A program made the translations under genes and the position numbers. From Alcaligenaceae bacterium (GTDB taxonomy: Bacteria > Pseudomonadota > Gammaproteobacteria > Burkholderiales > Burkholderiaceae_B): DNA of 45,669 nt. Where the stretch lies: NCBI GenBank assembly GCA_030452305.1, contig JAKDMO010000001.1, forward strand, positions 1 to 45,669, written 5' to 3'. A model generated the notes under the pieces. It was given only the letters and a program-made list of their open reading frames with translations, was not told the origin of the DNA and searched no databases. Shown here piece after piece: positions 1-9,968 of this stretch (positions are counted from its first letter, which is position 1; each line of letters opens with the position of its first letter).

Positions 1-1
1 C

Positions 2-454
2 ATTGTGGTTGTGGTATTGGCGATATTCCTGGCACGGGCCTGGTCCCGGCCCGAGATCCCGCCAGTACAGATCGTGCGGGTGGCGCCCACACAGGCCGCG
101 ATCCTGCTGGCACCCGGCGACAGCTCAACACCCGGATGGCTGATGACGGTCGATACCCTAGGCAACGTCCGTCTGGACCCCAAGGTTCGCACAGATATCC
201 AGCCTGACGAGGCGGTTCAATTATGGACGCGCACCCCAAACGATCAGGTCAACCGATCCTTGGGCCTGATCGATCCGAACCGGCCCGTGACCATTCCCGT
301 GGCCATCATGGGAACGTTGCAGCCTGATCAGATTTTTGAAATGACGCTGGAACAGAAAGACGGCTCGGCCAGCGGCCGGCCCGAGGGGCCGGTGCTGTTC
401 ATCGGGCGCGTGGTGACCTTTGGGGCTCAGAGTTCCAACACGCCACTGGCCTGA
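2..454 (+). CDS. Anti-sigma factor, RskA (anti-sigma-K) family, C-terminal part; 5'-truncated by the window edge
   Basis: Frame open from base 2. The tail of a TM helix (VVVVLAIFLA) is followed by RskA-type motifs QLW...SLGLI...FEMTLEQKDGSASGRPEGPVLF. The 3' end overlaps the merR stop region by 28 nt. Confidence 0.75.
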   Translation: MVVVVLAIFLARAWSRPEIPPVQIVRVAPTQAAILLAPGDSSTPGWLMTVDTLGNVRLDPKVRTDIQPDEAVQLWTRTPNDQVNRSLGLIDPNRPVTIPVAIMGTLQPDQIFEMTLEQKDGSASGRPEGPVLFIGRVVTFGAQSSNTPLA

Positions 455-852
455 TCGGGACCCGCTGCGGTCTCGTTCAGGGCCGCTACCAGCGAATCGC
501 GAACCTGCTGAAGGTCATTGCGCAGTGCCTGCAATTCGACGGCGCTGAGGCGCACGGCGGCATCCTGATCACGTGGCACGTCGTTGTTGTCGCCCAGGCG
601 ATTGCGCGCGCCGCTGATGGTGAAGCCCTGCTCGTACAGAAGGTCGCGGATGCGACGGATCAGCAGCACCTCGTGATGCTGGTAATACCGCCGGTTCCCA
701 CGGCGCTTGACGGGCTTCAACTGGGTGAATTCCTGTTCCCAGTAACGCAGGATGTGTGGCTTTACGCAGCACAGGTCGCTGACTTCGCCAATGGTGAAAT
801 AACGTTTGGCCGGTATGGGCGGAAGGACGACGGACGGTTCGATGGGGCTCAT
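427..852 (-). CDS. MerR-family transcriptional regulator (ihfA-linked)
   Basis: LPPIPAKRYFTIGEVSDLCCVKPHILRYWEQEF...RRYY MerR HTH; usual position after ihfA; TGATG overlap with the ihfA stop. Confidence 0.93.
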   Translation of the reverse strand: MSPIEPSVVLPPIPAKRYFTIGEVSDLCCVKPHILRYWEQEFTQLKPVKRRGNRRYYQHHEVLLIRRIRDLLYEQGFTISGARNRLGDNNDVPRDQDAAVRLSAVELQALRNDLQQVRDSLVAALNETAAGPDQASGVLEL

Positions 853-1163
853 CAGGCTTCACCCCCTGCCTGTTCGACGGCGTCTTTTAGTTTCTGGCTG
901 GCATGAAAGGTGACCACCCGGCGTGCGGCGATGGGAATGACCTCGCCTGTTTTTGGGTTGCGACCCGGGCGCGGGGGTTTGTGGCGCACCTGGAAATTGC
1001 CAAAACCGGAAAGCTTGACCTCGGAACCGTTCACCAGTGCGTCACGGACTTCTGCAAAAAAAGTATCCACGACGTCCTTGGCTTCGCGCTTGTTCAGCCC
1101 GACACGCTCGAACAAAAGCTCGGCCAGGTCGGCCTTGGTCAAGGTACGATCGGCGTTCAACAT
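852..1163 (-). CDS. ihfA: Integration host factor subunit alpha
   Basis: [12 protein letters not shown]...[45 protein letters not shown]; ATG at 1163 overlaps the pheT TGA (TGATG). Confidence 0.97.
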   Translation of the reverse strand: MLNADRTLTKADLAELLFERVGLNKREAKDVVDTFFAEVRDALVNGSEVKLSGFGNFQVRHKPPRPGRNPKTGEVIPIAARRVVTFHASQKLKDAVEQAGGEA

Positions 1164-3577
1164 CACCCCTCCTGAGCGCGCAAGCGCGCCCCATGTGCCG
1201 TGTGCAATGCCGTGAGCAAGCGCTGCACACAAGATTCGATCTGCGCATCGTCAAGCGTGGTTTCCCGCCCCTGGAACCAGAACCGCAAAGCCATGCTCTT
1301 GGCCGAGGCATCGGCCTTGTCGCGCCATATATCGAACAGTTTAATGTCTTTGATCACCCCAAGGGCGTCGTCGCTAGCGATTTCGTTTTCAAGTGTATCA
1401 AGCATTGCCTGATAGGTAATTGTGGAATCTACCCATACGGCCAGATCGCGCACCACGATGGGCAGACGGGACAATTCGGCTGGTTTGGGGAAAAGCTGGG
1501 TGCTGATGGCGTCTGCGTCGATCTCAAAGACGACCGGCGCATGGGTGAAATCAAGTTCCTGGGCCCACTTTGGATGTACCTCGCCCAGCCAGCCGATTGC
1601 GGTGTCATTCAGAAACAGACGCGCACTGCGCCCCGGATGCAAGGCCGGATATTCGGCGGGCTCGCAGCGCAACTGGGCAGCCCGGTGCCCAAGCAGCGAT
1701 TCGACATCGCGTTTGACATCATAGAAATCGACCGGCCGGGTGGCGAGCCCCCATTGCTCGTCGGCGGCGGGGCCCCAGGCCGCACCCGCCAGGTACGTGG
1801 GTTGGGCCACCCCGGCGACATCCAGATCGCCGTCGGCCACACGCGGATCGCGCCGAAACACACGACCAAGCTCGAATACGCGAACACGGGTCTGCTTGTG
1901 CCGTGCATTGTGGCCGATCGTGGCCAGCAGGCCACCGATCAGGCTTGAGCGCATCACGGCCAGTTGGCTGGCGATCGGATTCAGCAGGCGTACGGGATTG
2001 TCATTGCCCGCGTAGTTGTGTTCCCAGGATTCCTCGACAAAAGAAAAATTGATGACTTCCTGGTAGTCGAGCGCCGCCATGGCATCGCGCATGGCGTGGT
2101 GACCATACAGAGTTTCGGGCACCGTGCGCATCTGTGCGCGCGCCAGCGGTGGCGTGTCGGGGATGCGATCGAAACCGTATATCCGCGCGACCTCCTCGAC
2201 CAGGTCTTCCTCGATCTGAAGGTCGAAGCGGAACGAAGGCGGCTGGACGACAAAGTCGTCGCCTTCGCGATGAAAGTCCAGGCCCAGGCGGGCAAAGATC
2301 TGGGCAACGGTGTCTTCGTCCAGGTCTACGCCCAGGATGCGCCGGCAGCGCGCCAGGCGCATGCGTACGGGGGTGCGTGCGGGCAGGCGCACGATCTGGT
2401 CGTCAATCGGGCCGGCCTCGCCCCCGCAGATGTCCTGGATCAGCTGCGTCATGATGTCCAGATGCTGGGGGATGGACTCGAAATCCACGCCCCGCTCGAA
2501 ACGGTGGCCGGCCTCGGACCCGAACTTGTAGCGGCGCGCGCGCCCCATGATGGCATCGGGATACCAGAAGGCGGCTTCGAGAAAAATATCCGTGGTGTCC
2601 AGTGTGACCGCGCTGTCCTGGCCGCCCATGATGCCGGCCAGGCTTGCGATGGCGGTATCAGTACCGATCACGCCCACGTCGGGTTCCAGGGCCACGGTCT
2701 GGCCATTGAGCAATTCCAGCGATTCGCCGGCTCGCGCCCAGCGTACGGTCAGGCCGCCCTGGATGCGCGCCAGATCGAACACATGAGTCGGGTGCCCCAG
2801 TTCCAGCATGACGTAATTAGAGATATCCACCAGCGCCGAGATAGAGCGCTGCCCTGCCCGTTCCAGCCGCGATTTCATCCAGGCCGGGGTCGCGGCACGC
2901 GCGTTGACCCCACGCATCACGCGCCCGGCAAAGCGTCCGCACAGATCCGGCGCCTGGACCGTCACTGAAAAGCGATCGGCCAGGGTCACGGATACTTGCG
3001 GTACGACGGGCTGGATCAGTTCGCAGCCGGTCAGGGCCGAGACCTCGCGCGCCACGCCCAATATGGACAGGCAGTCCGCACGGTTGGGCGTGAGTTTCAG
3101 GGTGAACAGCGTGTCGTCCAGCTCCAGCGCCTCGCGCAGCGACAGGCCGACCTGAGCATCGGGTTCGAGCTCGAGCAGGCCTGCATGATCCTGCGACAGG
3201 CCGAGCTCACGCGCCGAGCACAGCATGCCGGCGGACTCGACGCCGCGCATCTTGACAGGACCGATCCGGATATCGCCGGGTAATTCGGCCCCGACGCGGG
3301 CCAGCGGCACCTTCAGGCCCTTGGCTGCGTTGGGCGCCCCGCACACGATCTGCAAGGGCGCGCCCGAACCATCGTCCACCCTGCAGACCCGAAGTTTGTC
3401 GGCATTGGGATGGGCTTCGATATCGACAATCTGGGCCACCACGATACCCGAGAACGGCGGCGCAGCGGGCTCGGTGTCCTCGACCTCGAGCCCGGCCATG
3501 GTCAGGCGGTGCGACAGTGTCTCGGTATCGATATCCGGATTGGCGAACGCGCGCAGCCAGGATTCAGGAAATTGCAT
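1163..3577 (-). CDS. pheT: Phenylalanine--tRNA ligase beta subunit
   Basis: 804 aa; [45 protein letters not shown]-terminus; follows pheS. Confidence 0.98.
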   Translation of the reverse strand: MQFPESWLRAFANPDIDTETLSHRLTMAGLEVEDTEPAAPPFSGIVVAQIVDIEAHPNADKLRVCRVDDGSGAPLQIVCGAPNAAKGLKVPLARVGAELPGDIRIGPVKMRGVESAGMLCSARELGLSQDHAGLLELEPDAQVGLSLREALELDDTLFTLKLTPNRADCLSILGVAREVSALTGCELIQPVVPQVSVTLADRFSVTVQAPDLCGRFAGRVMRGVNARAATPAWMKSRLERAGQRSISALVDISNYVMLELGHPTHVFDLARIQGGLTVRWARAGESLELLNGQTVALEPDVGVIGTDTAIASLAGIMGGQDSAVTLDTTDIFLEAAFWYPDAIMGRARRYKFGSEAGHRFERGVDFESIPQHLDIMTQLIQDICGGEAGPIDDQIVRLPARTPVRMRLARCRRILGVDLDEDTVAQIFARLGLDFHREGDDFVVQPPSFRFDLQIEEDLVEEVARIYGFDRIPDTPPLARAQMRTVPETLYGHHAMRDAMAALDYQEVINFSFVEESWEHNYAGNDNPVRLLNPIASQLAVMRSSLIGGLLATIGHNARHKQTRVRVFELGRVFRRDPRVADGDLDVAGVAQPTYLAGAAWGPAADEQWGLATRPVDFYDVKRDVESLLGHRAAQLRCEPAEYPALHPGRSARLFLNDTAIGWLGEVHPKWAQELDFTHAPVVFEIDADAISTQLFPKPAELSRLPIVVRDLAVWVDSTITYQAMLDTLENEIASDDALGVIKDIKLFDIWRDKADASAKSMALRFWFQGRETTLDDAQIESCVQRLLTALHTAHGARLRAQEG

Positions 3578-3610
3578 GATCGTGCTTCCGTTTCAAGATA
3601 TAGGGCGGGC

Positions 3611-4633
3611 TTAGCGGTTGAACTGACGCAGAAAGCGCAGATCGCCCTCAAAGAACTGACGCAAATCGTTGACGCCGTAACGCAGCATTGTCAGGCGCTC
3701 GAGGCCCGAGCCAAAAGCAAACCCGATGTAGCGTTCCGGGTCCAGGCCGTAGTTGCGCACGACCGAGGGGTGAACCTGGCCCGAGCCCGAGATTTCCAGC
3801 CAGCGGCCCTGATTCGGCCCCGAGGTGAACATCATGTCGATCTCGGCCGAGGGCTCGGTGAAGGGGAAAAACGACGGCCGGAACCTGAGGGTCAGGTCGT
3901 CGGTTTCAAAAAAGGCACGCAGGAAGTTGGTGTAGACGCCCTTGAGGTCGGCAAAGGAGATGTCCTCGGCGATCCACAGGCCTTCGACCTGATGAAACAT
4001 GGGCGAGTGCGTCGCATCGCTGTCAACCCGGTAGGTCTTGCCCGGTGCGATGACCTTGATGGGCGGCGTATGCATGCGTGCGTAGCGCACCTGCATCGGG
4101 CTGGTGTGCGTGCGCAGCACCAGGGGCAAGCCCCCGTCGTCGTTCATGTCGACGTAAAAGGTGTCCTGCATGGAACGCGCGGGGTGATTTTCCGGATTGT
4201 TCAGTGCGGTGAAATTGGTCCAGTCGTTCTCGATTTCGGGGCCATCGGCCACATCGAAACCAATCGAGCGAAAGATCGCCTCGACACGCTGCCAGGTGAG
4301 GATCACAGGATGGATCCCGCCGATCCCGCGCCCGCGACCCGGCAGGCTGACATCGATGCGTTCGGCCGCCAGGCGCTGGTCGAGCTGGGCCTGGACCAGT
4401 TCCGCACGACGCGCCGTCAGCAGGCCTTCGACCTGCTGTTTGGCCTGGTTGATGCGTGCGCCCCGACTGCGTTTTTCCTCGGGATCGAGCCCGGCCAGGC
4501 CTTTCAGCAGCGCGGTGATCGAACCTTGCTTGCCAAGGAAGCCGGCCTTTTCGTTTTCCAGAGCGGCCGCGTCGGATGCCTGTGCGAACCGCTCTTTTGC
4601 CTGAGCGATCAGGTCATCGAGCGTAGATGTCAT
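3611..4633 (-). CDS. pheS: Phenylalanine--tRNA ligase alpha subunit
   Basis: [45 protein letters not shown]; ATG at 4633 (MTSTLDD) chosen. Confidence 0.98.
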   Translation of the reverse strand: MTSTLDDLIAQAKERFAQASDAAALENEKAGFLGKQGSITALLKGLAGLDPEEKRSRGARINQAKQQVEGLLTARRAELVQAQLDQRLAAERIDVSLPGRGRGIGGIHPVILTWQRVEAIFRSIGFDVADGPEIENDWTNFTALNNPENHPARSMQDTFYVDMNDDGGLPLVLRTHTSPMQVRYARMHTPPIKVIAPGKTYRVDSDATHSPMFHQVEGLWIAEDISFADLKGVYTNFLRAFFETDDLTLRFRPSFFPFTEPSAEIDMMFTSGPNQGRWLEISGSGQVHPSVVRNYGLDPERYIGFAFGSGLERLTMLRYGVNDLRQFFEGDLRFLRQFNR

Positions 4634-4647
4634 GGTGTCTTCCAAAT

Positions 4648-4678
4648 GCGAACGGAGCCCGATCTGAGCTCCGTTCAC
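4648..4678 (-). terminator. Stem-loop between rplT and pheS (possible weak terminator or processing hairpin)
   Basis: Minus strand GTGAACGGAGCTC-AGATC-GGGCTCCGTTCGC forms a 13-bp stem with G:U pairs, followed only by ATTT. Confidence 0.45.
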
Positions 4679-4711
4679 AATGATACAGAATCGGAAACGA
4701 GTCGGTATCGA

Positions 4712-5071
4712 TCAGGCTGCCAGGGCCGATTTGGCCTGGGCGACGATGGCGGCAAAGCCGGCCTTGTCGCGAACAGCCATATCCGCCAGAACCTTGCGGT
4801 CGAGTTCGATCGAGGCCTTTTTCAGACCGGCGATGAACACGCTGTAGGAAATGCCGAGTTCACGGCAGCCGGCATTGATGCGGGTGATCCACAGGGCGCG
4901 GAAAGTGCGCTTTTTATTGCGCCGGTCGCGATAGGCATATTGCCCGGCTTTCATGACGGCCTGTTTGGCAACCCGGAAAACATTACCACGACGACCGCGA
5001 TAACCCTTTGCGGCCTTAAGAACTTTTTTGTGACGTGCGCGTGCTACGACGCCGCGTTTTGCGCGAGGCAT
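4712..5071 (-). CDS. rplT: 50S ribosomal protein L20
   Basis: [26 protein letters not shown]...[23 protein letters not shown]. Confidence 0.99.
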   Translation of the reverse strand: MPRAKRGVVARARHKKVLKAAKGYRGRRGNVFRVAKQAVMKAGQYAYRDRRNKKRTFRALWITRINAGCRELGISYSVFIAGLKKASIELDRKVLADMAVRDKAGFAAIVAQAKSALAA

Positions 5072-5084
5072 AATTTATCTCCGA

Positions 5085-5282
5085 TCAAGCGAAAGGCAAC
5101 ATCGCCCGTACCGAGGCGACATCTGAATCGTGTACAGCGGTCGAGCCGCGCAACTGGCGCTTGCTCTTGGTGGTTTTCTTGGTCAGGATGTGGCGCTTGA
5201 ACGCCTGTCCGCGCTTGATCGAACCACTACCACGAACCTTAAAGCGCTTGGAAGCGCCTTTCTTGCTCTTCATTTTGGGCAT
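5085..5282 (-). CDS. rpmI: 50S ribosomal protein L35
   Basis: 65 aa from ATG 5282: [45 protein letters not shown]. Confidence 0.98.
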   Translation of the reverse strand: MPKMKSKKGASKRFKVRGSGSIKRGQAFKRHILTKKTTKSKRQLRGSTAVHDSDVASVRAMLPFA

Positions 5283-5461
5283 GATGATTAACTCTGTTGG
5301 CTTGCGATGACAGGTGGCCGCCAAAGATCCGGCGACACTTAAAAGACCCGTAGATCGCGGTGTCTGCCCAGGCGTTGCAGCAATCAATGCAATACCGGCC
5401 TGGGGCCATCCCCGGTGTCCATAGTACATGTTGATCGTACGAAAACCGAAGAAAGCCCTTG

Positions 5462-5491
5462 ATTATAGAACGTTTTGAGGCTCGATGTCGA
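5462..5491 (-). promoter_or_regulatory. Sigma70-type promoter for rpmI-rplT
   Basis: Minus strand TCGACA (5491-5486), 18-nt spacer, TATAAT (5467-5462); about 175 nt upstream of rpmI. Confidence 0.7.
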
Positions 5492-5549
5492 GATACCCGC
5501 CGCTTTTGTGCAGCAGCGAGGTTTGCACAGCGGCGCGCGCCCGAACGGT

Positions 5550-5798
5550 CTATTCCTCTGGCGACGTGTCGCCCTCGAGCGCCCGGACGCGGGCTTCCAG
5601 GGTTTCGATACGCTGGATTGCACGACCCAGCAGTTCGGCCTGAATATCGAATTCCTCGCGCGTGATCAGGTCCATTCTAGAGAAGGTCTGCGCCATCAGC
5701 GCCTTGACGTTGCGTTCGATATCGGCCGCAGGGGTTTTGGCCAGCATCTCGGACATGTTCTTTTGGAAATCATCCATCCATTGATTCGGAGCAATCAT
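5550..5798 (-). CDS. ubiK: Ubiquinone biosynthesis accessory factor UbiK (YqiC/BMFP family)
   Basis: 82 aa; PAADIERNVKALMAQTFSRMDLITREEFDIQAELL...LEARVRALE. Confidence 0.88.
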   Translation of the reverse strand: MIAPNQWMDDFQKNMSEMLAKTPAADIERNVKALMAQTFSRMDLITREEFDIQAELLGRAIQRIETLEARVRALEGDTSPEE

Positions 5799-5832
5799 GA
5801 CAGCAGTCCATGTTCGTTGTGATGCGTCTAGT

Positions 5833-7356
5833 TTAACCCGCCCGGTCGATGCGGTACTGCATGGCTTCGGCGACGTGCGCAGGCTGGATATCCGGGGAAG
5901 ATTCCAGATCTGCAATGCTGCGCGCGACCCTTAGCACGCGATGCGCCGCACGCATGGACCAGGCCCAGCGCCGCATGGCCTGATCCAGCAGAGACCGCGC
6001 ATCGGACCCCAGCGCGCAGTGGCGTTCCAGTTCGCCAGGCGCGAGCCGCGCATTGGGTACCCCCTGGCGCGCAATCTGGATGGCGCGGCAGCGCAGGACC
6101 CGATCGCGAACCGGCCCCGAGGCCTCGGCGGCGATGGTATCGCCCAGGCCGTCACTGACCGAACGCCCGACCAGCGCCAGGCTGAGGTCGATCCGGTCCA
6201 GCAAGGGTCCGGAGATCTTTGAGCGATAACGTTCAACGCGCTCGGGCGTGCAGCGGCAGGCGCGCACGGCATGCCCGCGCCACCCGCATGGGCATGGGTT
6301 CATGGCGGCGATCAACTGGAAATCAGCGGGAAAGGTGTAGGCGCCGGAGGCGCGTGCAATCGAGATGTGTCCGGTTTCCAGGGGTTCGCGCAGCGCTTCA
6401 AGCGCACGCCGGTCGAATTCCGGCAACTCGTCCAGGAACAATACCCCGTGATGGGCCAGGCTGATTTCGCCGGGCCTGGGATGGGCGCCGCCGCCGACCA
6501 GAGCGGGCATTGAGGCGGAATGATGCGGCGCGCGCAAAGGCGCGGTGTCGTCGATGATGCCGTCTGCGCGGCCCAGCCCCGAGATCGCCGCAACCTCAAG
6601 CGCCTGGGTGCTGTCCAGTGGAGGCAAAATACCGGGCAAACGTTGCGCCAGCATGCTCTTGCCCACCCCGGGCGGCCCGGTCAGCAGCAGGCTGTGGCGC
6701 CCGGCTGCCGCGATTTCCAGGGCGCGCCGCGCCAGCGGCTGGCCGCGCACATCAGACAGGCACGGCACGGTGGCCGTCGGGGCAATGCCGCCCTGCCCGG
6801 CCGCCACGGCCAGGGCCTGGGTGCCGCGCAGATGCTCGACGACATCGGCCAGGGTGCCTGCACCCAACACCCGCAAGCCCGGCACGCGCGCCGCGAGCGC
6901 TGCCGAACGGGCCGGGACGATCAGGCTGAATTCCGGGGTGCGCCGCATCGTTCCCAGTGCAATGGCCAGTGTGGCCCGCAGCGCCCCGAGTGCGCCGGTC
7001 AGCGAGAGCTCGCCGGCCAGCACATAGCCCCCGACCTCGGGTGCCTGCGGTGGCGAGCCCTCGCACATGATCTGCCCCGAGGCCAGCAAAATGCCTACGG
7101 CAATCGGCAAATCAAAGCGCCCGGAATCCTTGGGCAAATCGGCGGGCGCCAGGTTCACGGTGATGCGCCCCGCCGGAAACTCGTAGCCACTGCTGATCAG
7201 CGCGGACCGCACCCGTTCGCGGCTTTCGCGCACGCCCGCATCGCGCAATCCAACGACATGAAATGCAGGCAGGCCCGTGCCTGCGTGCACCTCGACCCGG
7301 ACCGGTAGGGACTCAAGGCCGCGCACGGCACAGCTCATTAAAATCGCCAGGGACAT
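5833..7356 (-). CDS. comM: YifB/ComM family Mg-chelatase-like AAA+ ATPase
   Basis: VRESRERVRSA, ITVNLAPADLPKDSGRFDLPIA, Walker A GPPGVGKS, PGEISLAHHGVLFLDELPEF, AMNPCPCG; start MSLAIL at 7356. Confidence 0.93.
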   Translation of the reverse strand: MSLAILMSCAVRGLESLPVRVEVHAGTGLPAFHVVGLRDAGVRESRERVRSALISSGYEFPAGRITVNLAPADLPKDSGRFDLPIAVGILLASGQIMCEGSPPQAPEVGGYVLAGELSLTGALGALRATLAIALGTMRRTPEFSLIVPARSAALAARVPGLRVLGAGTLADVVEHLRGTQALAVAAGQGGIAPTATVPCLSDVRGQPLARRALEIAAAGRHSLLLTGPPGVGKSMLAQRLPGILPPLDSTQALEVAAISGLGRADGIIDDTAPLRAPHHSASMPALVGGGAHPRPGEISLAHHGVLFLDELPEFDRRALEALREPLETGHISIARASGAYTFPADFQLIAAMNPCPCGWRGHAVRACRCTPERVERYRSKISGPLLDRIDLSLALVGRSVSDGLGDTIAAEASGPVRDRVLRCRAIQIARQGVPNARLAPGELERHCALGSDARSLLDQAMRRWAWSMRAAHRVLRVARSIADLESSPDIQPAHVAEAMQYRIDRAG

Positions 7357-7468
7357 GGGCACTAATCCGAAAGCAGGCCAAAGGGCTCCGATCCAGCCAG
7401 TGTGCCCCACCTCGCACCAGCCACAGCCCACACCGGGGCAATCACATCACGCCGGGAACTACCCACGC

Positions 7469-7494
7469 AAAACGGGGTGCGTCACCGCACCCCG
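7469..7494 (-). terminator. Rho-independent terminator after the lipoprotein gene
   Basis: Minus strand CGGGGTGCG-GTGA-CGCACCCCG-TTTT. Confidence 0.8.
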
Positions 7495-7522
7495 AATTCC
7501 CATAAAAGAAGTGGCCTGTTGC

Positions 7523-7918
7523 TTATTCGGCCTTGGTGTCGTTTCCGACCGAATCCTGAATGGCGCTATCGGCCTTGGCTGCGCCTTCAGCTACGGATTC
7601 ACGGGCGCTGTTTGCGGCTTCGCCTGCCTTGTCGGCAAGCTCGGAGGCCTTGTCGCCCATCGCATCAGCGGCTTCACCGGCCTTTTCCTTGGCGGTTTCG
7701 GCCGATTCCTTGATTGTGTCGGACATGGATTGATCCGAACTCGGGGCCGTTTCGCCGGGCACCATCGGTGCAGGTGCTGGTGTGGTGGCGGGCGGAGTCG
7801 CAGGAGCCGGCGCGTCGGCCGGCTCTGGCGGAGCATCGTCGCCTTTAGAGCATGCGGCCAGCAAGCTCATCGAAGCCACGACTGCGGCCAGGGCAAGGTA
7901 ATTGCGCGTCTTGTTCAT
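7523..7918 (-). CDS. Small lipoprotein of unknown function (Pro/Ala linker plus Ala/Glu/Lys-rich LEA-like helix)
   Basis: AAGGA RBS, MNKTRNYLALAAVVASMSLLAA-C lipobox; has its own terminator. Confidence 0.8.
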   Translation of the reverse strand: MNKTRNYLALAAVVASMSLLAACSKGDDAPPEPADAPAPATPPATTPAPAPMVPGETAPSSDQSMSDTIKESAETAKEKAGEAADAMGDKASELADKAGEAANSARESVAEGAAKADSAIQDSVGNDTKAE

Positions 7919-8152
7919 AATCGTCCTTTGAAAACCCGCTGGCAATTCGATTGCCGATGCGGTTTGGAAGCAATGACCAGCTCGTTACAACCGGCTTCGT
8001 TACAATTCTAGCCACAAGCTGAATCCCAAATCCAAAACTAGTGTAAATACTAATTTCAATCCAAAGATTTTCGTTTTTTGTGTTTTCCCTTGAAGGCACG
8101 AGGCTTGGCACTCGTCACGCCATACCACCCTTTCCATCCTGGATACCGGTAG

Positions 8153-8701
<549 letters not shown>

Positions 8702-8723
8702 CCCCCATCACCAGGAGAATCAC

Positions 8724-9953
8724 ATGGATAAAAGCGATCTTGCATGGATCACGGTTTCGACACTGCTGGTGCTGATGATGACTTTGCCCGGGCTGGCCCT
8801 GTTCTATGGCGGCATGGCGCGGGCCCGGAACGTGCTGTCCGTCCTGAGCCAGGTCATGGGCACCTGCGCCCTGGCGCTGCTGCTCTGGTTCGTGTATGGC
8901 TATTCGTTGGCTTTCACTGAAGGCTCGGGCGCGCTGGGGGGCGTTTCAAGGCTATTTTTCAACGGACTCTACCTGCCGGGCGGAACACCTGTCATGCCTT
9001 TGCAAGGCAGCATCCCGGAACTGGCTTTTGCGGCGTTCCAGGCGACGTTTGCCGGAATCACCTGCGCGCTGATCACGGGCAGCTTTGCCGAGCGGGCGCG
9101 ATTTGGCGCGGTCATGCTGTTCACGGGTATCTGGTTCACGCTGGCCTACCTGCCGATTGCGCACATGGTCTGGGCATCCGATGGCTGGCTGCTGCAACGC
9201 GGCGCCCTGGATTTTGCCGGGGGCACCGTGGTGCATATCAATGCGGGGGTCGCGGGTCTGGTGTGCGCTTGGCTGATCGGCGCACGCAAGGGCTACGGGC
9301 GCGAGGCCATGCCCCCGCACCACTTGCCGATGACCCTGGCCGGCGCGGCGCTGCTGTGGATCGGCTGGTTCGGTTTCAATGCCGGCTCAGCACTGGCCAT
9401 CAATGAGGTCGCTGTATTGGCTTTCATCAACACGCTGCTGGCCAGTGCGGCCGGAGTCCTGAGCTGGAGCCTGATCGAGCGGATCGCCCGGGGCAAGGCC
9501 TCGCTGCTGGGCGGTGCCTCGGGCGCGATCGCCGGTCTGGTGGGCATCACGCCGGCTGCGGGCCTGGTCGCCCCCATCGGGGCCGTGTGCATCGGCGCGC
9601 TGACCGCCGCAGCCTGCGTATTTGGCGTGAACCAGCTCAAGCGCCGGCTGCGGGCTGACGATACCTTTGATGTATTCGGCATCCATGGTGTGGGCGGCAT
9701 TGTCGGCGCCCTGCTGACCGGTGTGTTCCATTCCGCCGTGCTCGGTGGGCCGGGCGACTCGGGCTGGGCAGCCCTGTTCACCCAGGTCTGGCTGCAATTC
9801 GAAGGGGTCGCAATCACGATTCTATGGTCGGGCGTCGCCGCATGGATTGCCTATGCGATTGCGAACAGGGCCATCGGCATGCGCTGCAGTGTCGAGGATG
9901 AGCAACGTGGCCTGAACCAGGCCGATCATGGCGAGGCGGCCTACCAGCGTTAG
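8724..9953 (+). CDS. amtB: Ammonium transporter
   Basis: PGLALFYGG, DFAGGTVVHINAG, GWFGFNAGS, DDTFDVFGIHGVGG (twin His retained), C-terminal HGEAAY; AGGAG RBS. Confidence 0.96.
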   Translation: MDKSDLAWITVSTLLVLMMTLPGLALFYGGMARARNVLSVLSQVMGTCALALLLWFVYGYSLAFTEGSGALGGVSRLFFNGLYLPGGTPVMPLQGSIPELAFAAFQATFAGITCALITGSFAERARFGAVMLFTGIWFTLAYLPIAHMVWASDGWLLQRGALDFAGGTVVHINAGVAGLVCAWLIGARKGYGREAMPPHHLPMTLAGAALLWIGWFGFNAGSALAINEVAVLAFINTLLASAAGVLSWSLIERIARGKASLLGGASGAIAGLVGITPAAGLVAPIGAVCIGALTAAACVFGVNQLKRRLRADDTFDVFGIHGVGGIVGALLTGVFHSAVLGGPGDSGWAALFTQVWLQFEGVAITILWSGVAAWIAYAIANRAIGMRCSVEDEQRGLNQADHGEAAYQR

Positions 9954-9968
9954 ATAGGCGCGGGTCGC

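Noticed and set aside
852-1232. ORF-track N-terminal extensions (ihfA, and likewise pheS, rpmI, ubiK, comM, glnK, thrS, asd, leuB, tadB, cpaC, TadE-like)
   Set aside because: The extensions overlap upstream genes or promoters; downstream ATGs match family N-termini and RBS or stop-start coupling.
3410-5200. 596-aa plus-strand ORF
   Set aside because: Antisense shadow of pheS, rplT and rpmI; no recognisable motifs; expected from GC-rich codon bias.
5500-5533. Imperfect hairpin downstream of ubiK
   Set aside because: No U-tract on the minus strand, so it is not called as a terminator.
5833-7356. comM, fimV and Tad as a natural-competence island
   Set aside because: The genes are far apart, each in its usual housekeeping context; no comEC, comEA or dprA in the window.
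8106-8121. Second TGGCAC upstream of glnK
   Set aside because: No TTGC at the -12 position (ACGC instead).
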